A stretch of 64,000 bases of DNA, taken from assembly GCA_965242725.1 (NCBI GenBank), contig CBDESZ010000004.1, positions 288,001-352,000 on the forward strand. Reading direction: 5' to 3'. Source of the stretch: Alkalispirochaeta sp. (GTDB lineage: Bacteria > Spirochaetota > Spirochaetia > DSM-27196 > Alkalispirochaetaceae). The notes beneath the pieces were generated by a model. The model saw only the letters and a program-made list of their open reading frames with translations. It was not told the origin of the DNA and made no database searches. Shown piece after piece: positions 50,762 through 61,282 of this stretch. The translations under genes were made by a program, and so were the position numbers. Positions within the stretch are counted from its first letter, which is position 1, and every line of letters begins with the position of its first letter.

Positions 50762-52913
50762 TCAGAAGCCGGGGATTGGCAGGCGGCGACGAACTTCATC
50801 CTCCAGGCGCTCTCGGCCCTGTTCAAGCTGCTCTTCCACCTGTTGTTCCGCCTCGTCCCGCAGCCGCTCTTCCTGATCACGAAGATAGTTTTCGATCCGC
50901 TCTTCCGCCGCGGAGCGTTGCTCCTCTATGAGGTTCCGGTACGTCTCCGCTTCGGCGAGCTCATCCCGGGAGCGGCCCGTCGCGGCCTCGATACGGGATA
51001 ACAGGTCTCCGTATTCCGCAAATTCTCCGGCGATCCGATCTCTGAATGTCTCTTCAATTTCCGTTTTCACTGCCGAACGCCCGGCGGCCATCAGTTGATC
51101 CACCCGTCCCCGGAGGAGGCGGACGAGGGAGGTGTCGCCGGAAAAGCCGGTCAGCCTGCCGTCGGCGATTTCATAGGATATCCGTGCCGTCAGGGGCGAT
51201 GTCCCGTTTATGGAATCGGCGATGATGCCTGCGGTAATCCCGGCGGCACCGGGTGCGGCGGCAACCGTGACCGCAGGGTTCCGGATGTCCACGCCCATGT
51301 CTCCCGTCAGGAGAATGCCCGCTCCCGGGGAGGCCGAAATTGTTCCGTCTGCGTTCAGCGAGCCGGTGCCGGAGAAGGAACTGAATCCGAGGGATCGCGC
51401 CGCTTCGGGGAGGGGCGGCGTAAATCCCGAGACGGCAAGGGTATATGCCCCGAGCGGCGTCGCCTCCGCGCGCAGATCGATTGTTCCCGTCACCTCGCTG
51501 CGCATGCCGTTGCGATCGTGCAAATAGGTGATGGAGGTTGGCTCACCGAGGAGGTCGGGCGCCGATGAGATGTTGGAGAGGGGTGACGGCAATTGTTTCT
51601 CCGGCGGCGGGTGTTGCTTCCGCCTCCACATGGGCGACGAGAAAACGGGGATAGACGGCAGTGGAAAAGGGGACGTCCCGACCGCCCCGTCGCGGCGTCT
51701 CAACGGACGACGGCGTCCGGTTGCCTATCGCCTCGGATACGCGCCGGAGGCGGGCGACGATATTCACCGCTCGCGTGTACGTTGTGCCCAGAAAGGATTC
51801 CGCGAACCGCCGCGCGGTGTCCACGGTCATCTCCCGGGGATCGATGTCCAGGGAAGGTATGTTGTCGGCGAGAATCGCGAGGTCCGCCTCGACGGCGCGG
51901 TTTATCTCTTCTGCGGCGGTACCCGCGGCGGCGGCCTGCCGTTGTATGTCCCGGGCGGTCTCTTCAATCGTTCCATAGAGTTCCCGGGCGTCGGTGACCC
52001 GTCGATTGAGCTGATCGACGGTTCGACGGAGCGTTTCGATGTCGTCAATTCGCGAGATATCGAGCTCCCGCGCATCCACGGCAAATTCCCGGAGTTCCGC
52101 CGTCCCGCCGACGATGGAGTCCAGGTCCGACTGGATGTCACGGTAGGTGCGTTCACCGTCGTCGATGAGACGCCGGACGAGAGTCGGCGAGGTCAGCTCG
52201 CCGGAAACCGATGTGATGAGCTCTTCCGGGTCGACATTCAGCGCGGAGAGTCCCAGGCCTGACGGTATTTCCCGGGCGGCGTCGGCGGCCGTCGATGCAA
52301 GGGGCGAAGTGGAGCGGCTGTCGTCGTCTGATCGTTCCGGGAGGGCGCCGGAAATCTCCCGTTCCGTCCCGAAGACGATGCCCTGCACGGCGATCCGGGA
52401 CATGACAACGTTGCCTTTGAGCAGTTCCGCGGTGCTGATATCGATGATCGCCGGTCCGACGGCGAAGAGGTTGGTCATCGGTCGGTCCCTGTCGGCCACC
52501 GTAATCGCGTCGACTTCTATGACTCCGCGCAGCGAGGCGAAATGCAGGTTGGATATCTCGCTCTCCGCTTCGAAAATGGTCTCGAGAAGTGCCTCGCCTC
52601 CCTCCTGCAGCCAGCGATCCTTGAAGAGCATCGTCACCGTTGTCGCTCCACCGAGGATGATAAAAAGAACGATGAAGGGTCCCAGTTTGACAAAACCGCG
52701 ATTCTTTTTGATCTCCCTGAGGATGCGGGCGACTCTCGTGCGCTCCTCAGTGGAAAGGGAGTCGCTGAGCCGATACATGCCGTCGTCGTCCTCCGCAAAG
52801 GCGGCGCGGATGCGTTCCGCTTCCGCGGGAAGGTGTATACGGCGGAGTATCTTCTTTTGAAAGGTGCGGCCAGGTATGGGTTTACGGTATTTTCTCGGGA
52901 TCCGCGCGGCCAT
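50762..52913 (-). CDS. TIGR03545-like AsmA-type protein; frameshift at G4 run ~51580
   Basis: Single TM, VADRDRPMTNLF, coiled-coil middle, GRDVPF..PRFLV; corrected frame gives LSNISSAPDLLGEPT; adjacent to the TIGR03546-like gene. Confidence 0.7.
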
Positions 52914-52933
52914 TGGTGCTCCTCTTTCCTTTC

Positions 52934-53473
52934 CTATGCGACGACGGAGTAGATTCCCTGAAATCGTTTTACCAGGGAAACAAACCGGGAGACGACGGGT
53001 ATTTTTTCAAGGGCTCGTACCACCCTGCTGTCGGCGATTCTGGGATGCACTGTTTTCCGGTAGAAGCCCACGCCGGCGCGGGCGATGAAAAAGAGGGGTA
53101 TCCACGCGACGAGGCCGAGGGCAAGTCCTCCCATGACGACGGTGTTGTTGAAGCGGGTGTAGGGCACGAGGGGAAGGCTGTACAGCGTCGTCCATGTTGC
53201 GTCCAGACCGTTTGCGGTGAGGATCGCCTCGCCAAGACGGTGAAGAAGGGGGTCCGCCACAAAGACCAGTGGCTTGAATACCGCCAGAACCAGAAGGGTT
53301 ATGGCGAAATTGACCCTGATGAGGGCGGTGAGGGCGAAGAGGGCGATCCATAGCAGATTGCCCGCCGGGATAAGCGCCAACAGAACGCCCATTGCGACTC
53401 CCGCGGCGATCTCACCGGGGCGCCGGTTGGCGTTGAAACTTGCCACGATTTTTGCGATCCAGGTGATGAGCAT
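52934..53473 (-). CDS. TIGR03546-like membrane protein
   Basis: P.EIA.G..MG, DPLLHRLG, PYTRFNNTVVMG. Confidence 0.8.
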   Translation of the reverse strand: MLITWIAKIVASFNANRRPGEIAAGVAMGVLLALIPAGNLLWIALFALTALIRVNFAITLLVLAVFKPLVFVADPLLHRLGEAILTANGLDATWTTLYSLPLVPYTRFNNTVVMGGLALGLVAWIPLFFIARAGVGFYRKTVHPRIADSRVVRALEKIPVVSRFVSLVKRFQGIYSVVA

Positions 53474-53547
53474 GGCTCTATTGTACGACAAAGTGGCCCG
53501 ATACACACGCCCGGCGAGGCGGGACGGGCCGAAGGAGGGGATGGAAT

Positions 53548-54474
53548 CTATGCGGAACCGGATGGTTCAGTTTGACGAGAAATTCTGGAATCCAGGAAGC
53601 GTTTGAATATCACCATACTGCCGACCCAGGCGAGTTCCGAGGTGATGAGGAAGGTGCTGACCTCCGGCGAGAAGTAGAGGTATGCCAGGACGATGACGAT
53701 GGCAGTGTTGTTGACGCCGCTGCCGAGGGCGTAACTGACGCGGTCGCGCCGGGTGGTGCCGGGGAAGAGGAGCCAGCCGAAGGTGTAGTAGAGAAGAAAG
53801 ATGACGATCGCCACGGCGAAGAATGCCGCCGCTTCCACGGCGTGGGCGATGATGAAGGATTTCTGCTTGCTGATGACAAGCATTACCAGGATGCCGATCG
53901 CCGGTACGACGAAGAGGGAGTCGTTTTTCCTGAGCCATTGCGCTGCGGGGCGCCGCCGCAGGGGCAGATGGGCGATAAGGGGAACGAAGACGCTGATCAG
54001 GAGGGTCCGGAATATGGAGAGAATGTCCAGGTCTATGTGGCGCGCAACGAGAAGCTGCAACACCACCGGTATGAGGAAGGGTGCGAGAAAGGCACTGATG
54101 ACGACAATGAGTATGGAGAGGGAGACGTTGCCGTTGTATATGCTCGTCACGCCCGGGGAGGCGACGCCGGCGGGGGCCAGGCTCAACAGGAGAACCGCCG
54201 TTGCGAGGGCGGGGTAAACTCCCTGGACGATGAGCCACAGCAGCACCGCCAGGACGGGGTAACGGAGGAGGTAGAATACCGCCGGATGCCAGGGGGAGAT
54301 CGCCTTTACTTCTCCAAGGGATATCTGAAATGCCGAGACGAAGATCAGGATCGCCAGAAAGAGGATCATCACCTGTGCGGGTATGTGTTCCACACCGGGT
54401 ACGATGAAGCCGAGAACGACAAATGCGAGAAGTATGGTGGTAAAGCGAGTACGTAAGAACTGCGAGATATTCAC
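53548..54474 (-). CDS. Bile acid:sodium symporter family protein
   Basis: About 10 TMs, LAPAGVASP..YNGNVSLS, GVNNTA. Confidence 0.8.
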   Translation of the reverse strand: MNISQFLRTRFTTILLAFVVLGFIVPGVEHIPAQVMILFLAILIFVSAFQISLGEVKAISPWHPAVFYLLRYPVLAVLLWLIVQGVYPALATAVLLLSLAPAGVASPGVTSIYNGNVSLSILIVVISAFLAPFLIPVVLQLLVARHIDLDILSIFRTLLISVFVPLIAHLPLRRRPAAQWLRKNDSLFVVPAIGILVMLVISKQKSFIIAHAVEAAAFFAVAIVIFLLYYTFGWLLFPGTTRRDRVSYALGSGVNNTAIVIVLAYLYFSPEVSTFLITSELAWVGSMVIFKRFLDSRISRQTEPSGSA

Positions 54475-54618
54475 GGTGCGTACAGTAGCTGTTCTTGGTC
54501 GTCCCGGCAAGGGCGGTGTTCCCGGTGGAGTCCCCGGGCGCGTCTTCGGCCGAGCCCTCGGCGGCAGCCTCGGCGGCGGCCATATTGATCGCGCAGACGT
54601 GGAGAGGTAGTGTGTGAT

Positions 54619-55066
54619 ATGGACAGTGGAAAGACGGGACGTCGGGGCAGTAGAGGCGGGCGCGTCGGCTACGACCGGGGCGGCGGCGCGCCCTTTCCGG
54701 TAGTGAGAATATTCGCGGACGGGACGGGTACCACCCATTTTGAGGACGGCTGCATTGAACTTGAGCCGGCGGGGGCGATCGGCAGCCTCTCGGACGCGAT
54801 TCCCGGGGGGCGGGTGTTTTTTCGCCGTACCGACGACGACTACGATTACGACTGGCATCCGACGCCGGCGCGGCAGTTTATCATTCTTCTCAACGGTGAG
54901 ATTGAAATCGAGACGGGGGACGGTGAGATGCGCCGCATAGCAGGCGGAGAGGTGCTGTTCCTGGAGGATACGACGGCGCCGGGCCACCGGACAAAAAACG
55001 TGGGCGAGACGCCGCGATGGTCGGTTTTCATTCAGACCGACGCCCCCGTGCCGTATGTGCCTTTGA
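54619..55066 (+). CDS. Cupin-like protein; 3' end uncertain (runs into the junction)
   Basis: RIFAD..G.THFED, DWHPTPARQF, GEIEIETGDG, LEDTT..GHRT. Confidence 0.75.
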
Positions 55067-55270
55067 GGAATAGTCGGAGCGGATGCGGCGGCGGGGCTCG
55101 GCTACTACATGCTGTTGATGAACGGGCGGGTGCAGACGGACGCGATGTTCGCGGCGTTGCTGGTGCTCGCGGTGATGGCGGTGGCGCTCTACGCCGCCGT
55201 GGATTTTGGCCTGAAACGGGCGCTGCCGTGGCAAGCGGACAGTGATCCCAGTTTGGAGGAGAGACGATGA
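55067..55270 (+). pseudogene. 3' stub of a ThiX/SsuC-type ABC permease (not in the ORF track)
   Basis: Hand translation ..AGLGYYMLLMNGRVQTDAMFAALLVLAVMAVALYAAVDFGLKRALPWQ..*, stop overlapping the thiY ATG; no 5' part present. Confidence 0.75.
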
Positions 55271-56199
55271 AGCGTTTGTTGCTGGCAGCGTTGATGATGG
55301 TTGGGGCGACGGGCATGGCGCGAGCGGAGCCGCTGACGGTGCTGCTCGACTGGTTCGTCAACCCGGACCACGGGCCGCTGATCGTCGCGCAGGAACTTGG
55401 CTACTTCGCCGAGCGGGACCTGGAGGTGGAGCTGGTGCCGCCGGCGGACCCGAGCGCGCCGCCGCGGCTGGTCGCGGCGGGGCAGGCCGATTTGGCGGTG
55501 TCGTACCAACCGCAGCTATACCTGCAGGTGGCGGAAGGGTTGCCGCTGGCGCGGGTCGGGACGCTGGTGGACTCGCCGTTGAACTCGCTGGTGGTGCTGG
55601 CGGACGGGCCGGTGCAGTCGATCGCCGACCTGAAGGGGCGCAAGGTCGGGTTCTCCGTCGGCGGGATGGAGGACGCGCTGCTCGGGACGATGCTGGAGAC
55701 GCACGGGTTGACGCTGGAGGACGTGGAACTGGTCAACGTCAACTTTTCACTGTCCCCTTCCCTAATGTCGGGGCAAGTGGACGCGGTGATCGGGGCGTTT
55801 CGCAACTTCGAACTGAACCAGATGGACATCGAGGGGCGGCCGGGGCGGGCGTTCCTGCCGGAGGAAGAAGGCGTGCCGACTTATGACGAGTTGATCCTGG
55901 TGGCGCGAACGGACTCCCTGGACGACGCGCGGGTGCCGCGGTTCCTCGACGCCATCGCCGCGGCGACCAAGTTCATCGTGGACGACCCGGACGCCGGGTG
56001 GGCGTTGTTCATCGACGGGCGGCCGGACCTGGACGACGAACTGAACCGGCGGGCGTGGCGGGACACGGTGCCGAAGTTTCCGGCAGACCCCGTGGCATTG
56101 CCGGACGACCGGTACGCCGACTTCGGGGCGTTCCTGGTGGAACGGGGGATGATCGAAACGGCGCCGGCGGTGGAGGAGATCGCGGTGGAAGTGCGGTAG
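55267..56199 (+). CDS. thiY: NMT1/THI5-family (ThiY-like) hydroxymethylpyrimidine ABC substrate-binding protein
   Basis: Signal peptide; LDWFVNPDH, PADP, VSYQPQL, GAFRNFE, GVPTYDELI. Confidence 0.85.
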   Translation: MKRLLLAALMMVGATGMARAEPLTVLLDWFVNPDHGPLIVAQELGYFAERDLEVELVPPADPSAPPRLVAAGQADLAVSYQPQLYLQVAEGLPLARVGTLVDSPLNSLVVLADGPVQSIADLKGRKVGFSVGGMEDALLGTMLETHGLTLEDVELVNVNFSLSPSLMSGQVDAVIGAFRNFELNQMDIEGRPGRAFLPEEEGVPTYDELILVARTDSLDDARVPRFLDAIAAATKFIVDDPDAGWALFIDGRPDLDDELNRRAWRDTVPKFPADPVALPDDRYADFGAFLVERGMIETAPAVEEIAVEVR

Positions 56200-56292
56200 G
56201 CGGGCGGCACGGGTGGCGGGCTGCGCTTTAACGGATCATGCCCGAGGTGTTCCGGCGCGAGAAGACCGACACGGCTGATGCCGGCGGTGGGA

Positions 56293-57240
56293 TCAGCGAA
56301 CCACGTAGAGACGCATCAAAATGTCTTGGTCGTGGTTACCGAAATTGCGGCCGAAAATGTTTACCCCGCCAGGGTGTTCGGCATCCTCGGCAATGCCGAC
56401 GCGGAGGCGGATCGAGTGGTGTCCCGATAGGTTGAGATCGGCGACCGTCACGTCAGAAACCTTTTCCCCGTTGACAAAAGTGCCTTCGTCGGTGATGCGC
56501 CAAGTCGTGAGCTGGCCGTACTGAGAGCCCTCGAGCTTCCACCAGGATGGTGTGAAGAGGCCGCGTTGATCACCAAAGTCACCAGGCGACCTCCAGGTGC
56601 CGGCCATGGTTTCGTTGACCCAAATGCTGATATCGGACGGCCAGTCGGAGTTTGTGCCCGGGACCTCGGAGCTGAGTTCCAAACTGAATTCGAGCATCTC
56701 GACTGCAGCATTGAGTACTTTTGCATTATTGGGAAATTTGTACTCGAGGTAACCGCGGCCGAACCACACCAGGGATGCCTGCATGCGGTTGGGGTCGAGG
56801 AAGTAGTCGGGCACGTCGAGCAACCCGATGATGCCGGTGGTGGAGCACAAGCCGCAAGGCGTCGATACCTGATACTCGGTGTACAAGCCGGGTGGCATCG
56901 CGACTTCGATTACATTGTCTTCCCGCTCAACGGGTGAGGCGTCGAGGCGGATAATAATCTCGTCGAAACACGACGCGCAGACCTTCTGCTGGCCGCGCTT
57001 GCCTTTAGCGGATTCCGTGGTGATCAGGCGCGATTCCTCCAACATTTGCACGTTGGTGGCGATGGTCGACTGCGGCGTCGCCATGTTCTTGCTGATCTCG
57101 TTGACGCTCATCGGTCCTGCAGATTGCAGGAGGTGCAGAATCCGTAGCCGTAAAGGTGAGGCCAAGGTCCTGACGATATTTGGGTTTTCGTTGGGATTGA
57201 TCGTCAGAAACCGGCGGCGGCCATGGTTGCGCTGGGCCAT
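56293..57240 (-). CDS. ArsR-like HTH regulator with C-terminal sugar-sensing domain
   Basis: LASPLRLRIL..SVNEI..PQSTI, G.RGQQKVC, PCGL, WPSDI, SPGDFG, GGVNIFG; divergent from abfA. Confidence 0.85.
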   Translation of the reverse strand: MAQRNHGRRRFLTINPNENPNIVRTLASPLRLRILHLLQSAGPMSVNEISKNMATPQSTIATNVQMLEESRLITTESAKGKRGQQKVCASCFDEIIIRLDASPVEREDNVIEVAMPPGLYTEYQVSTPCGLCSTTGIIGLLDVPDYFLDPNRMQASLVWFGRGYLEYKFPNNAKVLNAAVEMLEFSLELSSEVPGTNSDWPSDISIWVNETMAGTWRSPGDFGDQRGLFTPSWWKLEGSQYGQLTTWRITDEGTFVNGEKVSDVTVADLNLSGHHSIRLRVGIAEDAEHPGGVNIFGRNFGNHDQDILMRLYVVR

Positions 57241-57473
57241 CGCCGTTTCTTTCGGTCTGCTGGTCGCCATCAAATTGGGTCCTGTGTACTCACCGGACAA
57301 TTAAACCCGATTTTCTGATACATATCAATAAGTACGTTGACGAGGGTTGATGACTGGTACTACTGTTGCCTGGTCCGCACCCAAATAGGCCGAAAAGAGC
57401 AAGGGCGCCGTCGGTTCGGACCGCGGCAGCGACGGTCCGTTAGCAGCGACAGCGGACTCGACAGGGCAGGAAG

Positions 57474-58994
57474 ATGAAGTCGAAACTTTCTATCCACCGC
57501 GATTTTCGAATCGCACCGGTCGACGACCGGGTCTACGGCGCATTTCTCGAGCATCTTGGCCGTGCGGTGTACACCGGGATTTATGAGCCGGGACATCGGA
57601 CCGCCGATGAAAGCGGTTTTCGCGGCGACGTCATCGAGTTGGTGCGAGAACTAAATCCGCCAGTCGTGCGCTATCCCGGCGGCAACTTTGTCTCCGCCTA
57701 CAATTGGGAAGACGGCGTCGGGCCGCGCGACGAGCGGCCGGTGCGCCTCGACCTGGCATGGCGGTCAAGGGAGACCAACGAGATCGGCACCAATGAGTTT
57801 GCCGATTGGGCGAAGCTCGCCAATACAGAGATGATGCTGGCCGTTAACCTAGGCTCGCGCGATCTGGACGGTGCCCGCAACTTCCTGGAGTACTGTAACC
57901 ATCCGGGCGGCACGTACTGGAGCGACTTGCGCGCGAAGCACGGATACCGCGATCCCCACGACGTGAAGCTGTGGTGCCTGGGCAATGAAATGGACGGGCC
58001 GTGGCAGGTTGGTCATAAGACGGCCCGTGAGTACGGCGAGGTCGCGAACGAAACCTCGAAAGCGTTCAAATACTACGATGCGTCGATTCAAACGGTGGTT
58101 TGCGGATCGTCACACGATCGTATGGCTACTTACCCCGAGTGGGAAGCGACGGTTCTGGAGGAGTGTTTCGACAGTGTCGATTACATCTCACTGCACCGAT
58201 ATTTCGATAATTTCGAGAACGACACGCCGAACTACCTGGCTAAAACCATTTCGCTGGATCGCTATATCCGCACCGTTTCCGGGGTTATTGACTATGTGAA
58301 GGCGAAGAACCGGTCGAAGAACGACGTCTTCATCAGCTTTGACGAGTGGAATGTCTGGTACCACGAGCGCGAAAATGACGCCAAACGCGTCAAGGAGTGG
58401 GATTGGCCGGTCGCGCCGCCGTTGCTCGAGGATGCTTACAACTTCGAAGACGCATTGCTTGTGGCCGGGATTATCAACGTGTTCCTGCGCCACGCCGACC
58501 GGGTGAAGATCGCTTGCATCGCCCAACTGGTGAACGTCATTGCGCCGATCATGACCGCGACAGGCGGCCCGGCATGGCGGCAGTCTATCTTCCACCCGCT
58601 GCAGATCGCATCACGCCTGGGACGCGGCATTTCACTCAATGTCGTGACCGACTCACCGACCTATGACTGCGATGAAGCTGACGACGTTCCGTATGCCGAC
58701 GTCAGCGCCGTGGCGTCTGCGGACGGTGCGACGGTGACCATATTCGCGGTCAACCGGCACATGAGTGAACCAATGGAGATCGACGCAAGTCTGATCGGGT
58801 TCGGCGAGTTAGCTATCACCGAGCATCTTGCGCTGGCGGACTGCGATCCGAAAACCGCGAATTCGGCGCAACATCCAGATGCCGTCCGACCGAAGCGAGG
58901 CAGCGGGCTGGCGATTGTCGACGGCGACCGGCTGGTGGGTGCGCTGCCGGCGTTCTCATACGCGGCTATTACGTGCCGTGCGATCACGACATGA
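57474..58994 (+). CDS. abfA: Alpha-L-arabinofuranosidase, GH51
   Basis: FLEHLGRAVY.GIY, RYPGGNFVS, WCLGNEMDGPWQ, SFDEWNVW, AQLVNVIAPI. Confidence 0.95.
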   Translation: MKSKLSIHRDFRIAPVDDRVYGAFLEHLGRAVYTGIYEPGHRTADESGFRGDVIELVRELNPPVVRYPGGNFVSAYNWEDGVGPRDERPVRLDLAWRSRETNEIGTNEFADWAKLANTEMMLAVNLGSRDLDGARNFLEYCNHPGGTYWSDLRAKHGYRDPHDVKLWCLGNEMDGPWQVGHKTAREYGEVANETSKAFKYYDASIQTVVCGSSHDRMATYPEWEATVLEECFDSVDYISLHRYFDNFENDTPNYLAKTISLDRYIRTVSGVIDYVKAKNRSKNDVFISFDEWNVWYHERENDAKRVKEWDWPVAPPLLEDAYNFEDALLVAGIINVFLRHADRVKIACIAQLVNVIAPIMTATGGPAWRQSIFHPLQIASRLGRGISLNVVTDSPTYDCDEADDVPYADVSAVASADGATVTIFAVNRHMSEPMEIDASLIGFGELAITEHLALADCDPKTANSAQHPDAVRPKRGSGLAIVDGDRLVGALPAFSYAAITCRAITT

Positions 58995-59040
58995 CGGGCG
59001 CGTGCTTGCAACTAATGGAAATAGCCTAAGGGAGAAAACG

Positions 59041-60309
59041 ATGAAGATGATCAGGGGTATCCTCGCCGTTCCGTTTTTTTTCGCTGCGATGGGTGCGGCA
59101 CAAGCGCAGACAGAAGTCGTTTGGTGGGACTTCCTGGGCGGCGGCGACGGCGTCCGGATGAAAACGTTGATCGACGAGTTCAACGCGTCCCATCCGGACA
59201 TCGAAATTCAAGCAACGACCCTGGAGTGGGGCGTTCCGTTCTATACCAAGGTGCAGACTTCCGCCGCGGTTGGCGAGGGGCCCGACATGATGACGTATCA
59301 CGCGTCACGGATCCCGTTGGGCGTCGACACCAACGTGCTGAGCGAAATCACGGCTGAAGACATGGCCGCGATGGGTTTGGGCGCCGAAGACTTCTCGCCC
59401 GCGACATGGGACGCGGTGCATGTGGACGGCACGCAATACGCGGTGCCGTTCGATACGCACCCGATCGTGCTCTACTACAACAAGGAGATCCTCGCCAACG
59501 CCGGTTTGCTTGGCGACGACGGCCTGCCCAAGGGGCTCGACGGCATCGAGAACTTCTCGAATGCATTGCAGGCGATCCAGGACACCGGTGTTGAGTGGTC
59601 GATGTCCACCTTTACCGCGTCGGGCAATTTCCAGTTCCGCACCATCTACTCTCTGCTCGGCCAGCAGGACGGTGAAATGCTGTCGGGCGATGAGTGGCTG
59701 GCCGGTGACAACAAGGAAAAGCTGATCAACGCCTTGCGCGTGGTGTCGGACTGGGTCGGTGACGGCCACGTACCGGCGTACACCGAGTACCCGGCCGCCA
59801 TCGCGCTGTTTACGTCCGGGCAATCGGCCATGCACATCAACGGTGTATGGGAAGTGCCAACCATGGTCGACCTGCACGAGAAGGGCGAGCTATTCGAATG
59901 GGGCGCGGTCGAATTGCCAGTGTTCTTCGACCATCCGTCGACGTACTCCGACTCCCACGCGTTCGCAATTCCCAATAACGCGGATAACCCGATTTCCGAC
60001 GAGAAACGGGAGGCGGTGCGCACGGTGATCGCGTGGATGTTGGACAACGGCCTATTTTGGGCCACCGCGGGGCACATCCCGGCTTTGAACTCGGTGACAC
60101 AATCGGCGGAATATCAAGCGATGGAGCCGAATGCAACCTACGCCGTGCTGACCAAAAACGCGGTGTTCGATCCCAAGTCAAAGCATGCGGGCGTGGCGTC
60201 GCCCATGTTTGATGCCGCTGGCAACAGCTTTACCGCAAGCGTCAACGGTGAGATGGACGCCGCGGAGGCTGTCGACCTCATGAAGGACGAGCTCGACTTT
60301 CTAGATTAG
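59041..60309 (+). CDS. Sugar ABC transporter substrate-binding protein
   Basis: Signal peptide AAQA|QT; WWDFLGGGDG, GPD, YAVPFDTH..LYYNK. Confidence 0.9.
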   Translation: MKMIRGILAVPFFFAAMGAAQAQTEVVWWDFLGGGDGVRMKTLIDEFNASHPDIEIQATTLEWGVPFYTKVQTSAAVGEGPDMMTYHASRIPLGVDTNVLSEITAEDMAAMGLGAEDFSPATWDAVHVDGTQYAVPFDTHPIVLYYNKEILANAGLLGDDGLPKGLDGIENFSNALQAIQDTGVEWSMSTFTASGNFQFRTIYSLLGQQDGEMLSGDEWLAGDNKEKLINALRVVSDWVGDGHVPAYTEYPAAIALFTSGQSAMHINGVWEVPTMVDLHEKGELFEWGAVELPVFFDHPSTYSDSHAFAIPNNADNPISDEKREAVRTVIAWMLDNGLFWATAGHIPALNSVTQSAEYQAMEPNATYAVLTKNAVFDPKSKHAGVASPMFDAAGNSFTASVNGEMDAAEAVDLMKDELDFLD

Positions 60310-60326
60310 CGCTCAATGGCTGCTGC

Positions 60327-60355
60327 CCGCCGGCGTTGACCCTCAGCGCCGGCGG
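60327..60355 (+). other. Intercistronic stem-loop after the SBP gene
   Basis: CCGCCGGCGTTGA-CCC-TCAGCGCCGGCGG. Confidence 0.6.
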
Positions 60356-60397
60356 CTGCACCATCTTCGTAGGCGATGATGAACCCGTGGTGACACC

Positions 60398-61282
60398 ATG
60401 GCTACTCGGTCGATCAAACGCTCGGAGGCGCTGGTTGCACTGATCCTCGTTGCGCCGTTTGTAGCTATCTATCTTTGGCTGTTCATCTGGCCGACGGCGC
60501 AGATGGTGCTTTTGAGTTTCACCAATGCGCCACTGATCGGCGAGGGCCGATTTACCGGTCTGCGCAACTATGAGCGCCTGTTCAACGACCGCGTATTCAA
60601 GATTGCATTCTGGAACACCGCTTACTTCGTTGTTTTAACCGTAATCCCCGGCACCCTCATCGGGCTCGGCATTGCATTAATGGTGACGCGCCTGAACGGC
60701 TGGATACAAAGCGCCATCTTGGCCCTGTTTTTCTTGCCGTTTATTTTGCCGGTTTCGGTCGTTTATCTGATCTGGAACTGGATGTTCGATATTCAGTTTG
60801 GGATCGCGCAATATGTGATCGCGCCGATCGTAGGTGAACCGGTAGCGGTGTTCCGCCAGCGGGCGTGGTTTATGCCGGCGGTCGCCCTGGTGACCATATG
60901 GTGGACCAACGGGTTCAACATTCTGTTGTTCCTGGCGGGTTTGCGAAATATCCCGGAGGAGCTTTATGAGGCCGCGGCGTTAGAGGGTGCGAACCGCTGG
61001 CAGACCTTTCGCGCGATAACCTGGCCACTAATATGGCCAGTCACGGCGCTGGTTCTGACTTTGCAGTTGATCCTGCAGCTCAAGATCTTCGACCAGGTCT
61101 ATTTGTTCTCCCTCGGGGGACGTACGCAAACAACTATGGTGTTGGTCCAATACATCTATCAACAGGCTTTCATTAGTAATCGTGGTGGCTATGGGGCTAC
61201 GGTCGCGCTGGCGCTTTTCGTAATCATCATCGCGATGTCGATTCTGCAATTCCAGGCGCTTAGAGCGCGGGGCAGAAAATGA
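60398..61282 (+). CDS. Carbohydrate ABC permease (MalF-like)
   Basis: GLRNY, LAGLRNIPEELYEAAALEGA. Confidence 0.92.
   Translation: MATRSIKRSEALVALILVAPFVAIYLWLFIWPTAQMVLLSFTNAPLIGEGRFTGLRNYERLFNDRVFKIAFWNTAYFVVLTVIPGTLIGLGIALMVTRLNGWIQSAILALFFLPFILPVSVVYLIWNWMFDIQFGIAQYVIAPIVGEPVAVFRQRAWFMPAVALVTIWWTNGFNILLFLAGLRNIPEELYEAAALEGANRWQTFRAITWPLIWPVTALVLTLQLILQLKIFDQVYLFSLGGRTQTTMVLVQYIYQQAFISNRGGYGATVALALFVIIIAMSILQFQALRARGRK

Noticed and set aside
54505..54580. Short GC-rich repeats (GCCTCGGCGGC-like) in the symporter/cupin intergenic region
   Set aside because: Only two imperfect copies with no recognisable structure or other occurrences seen.
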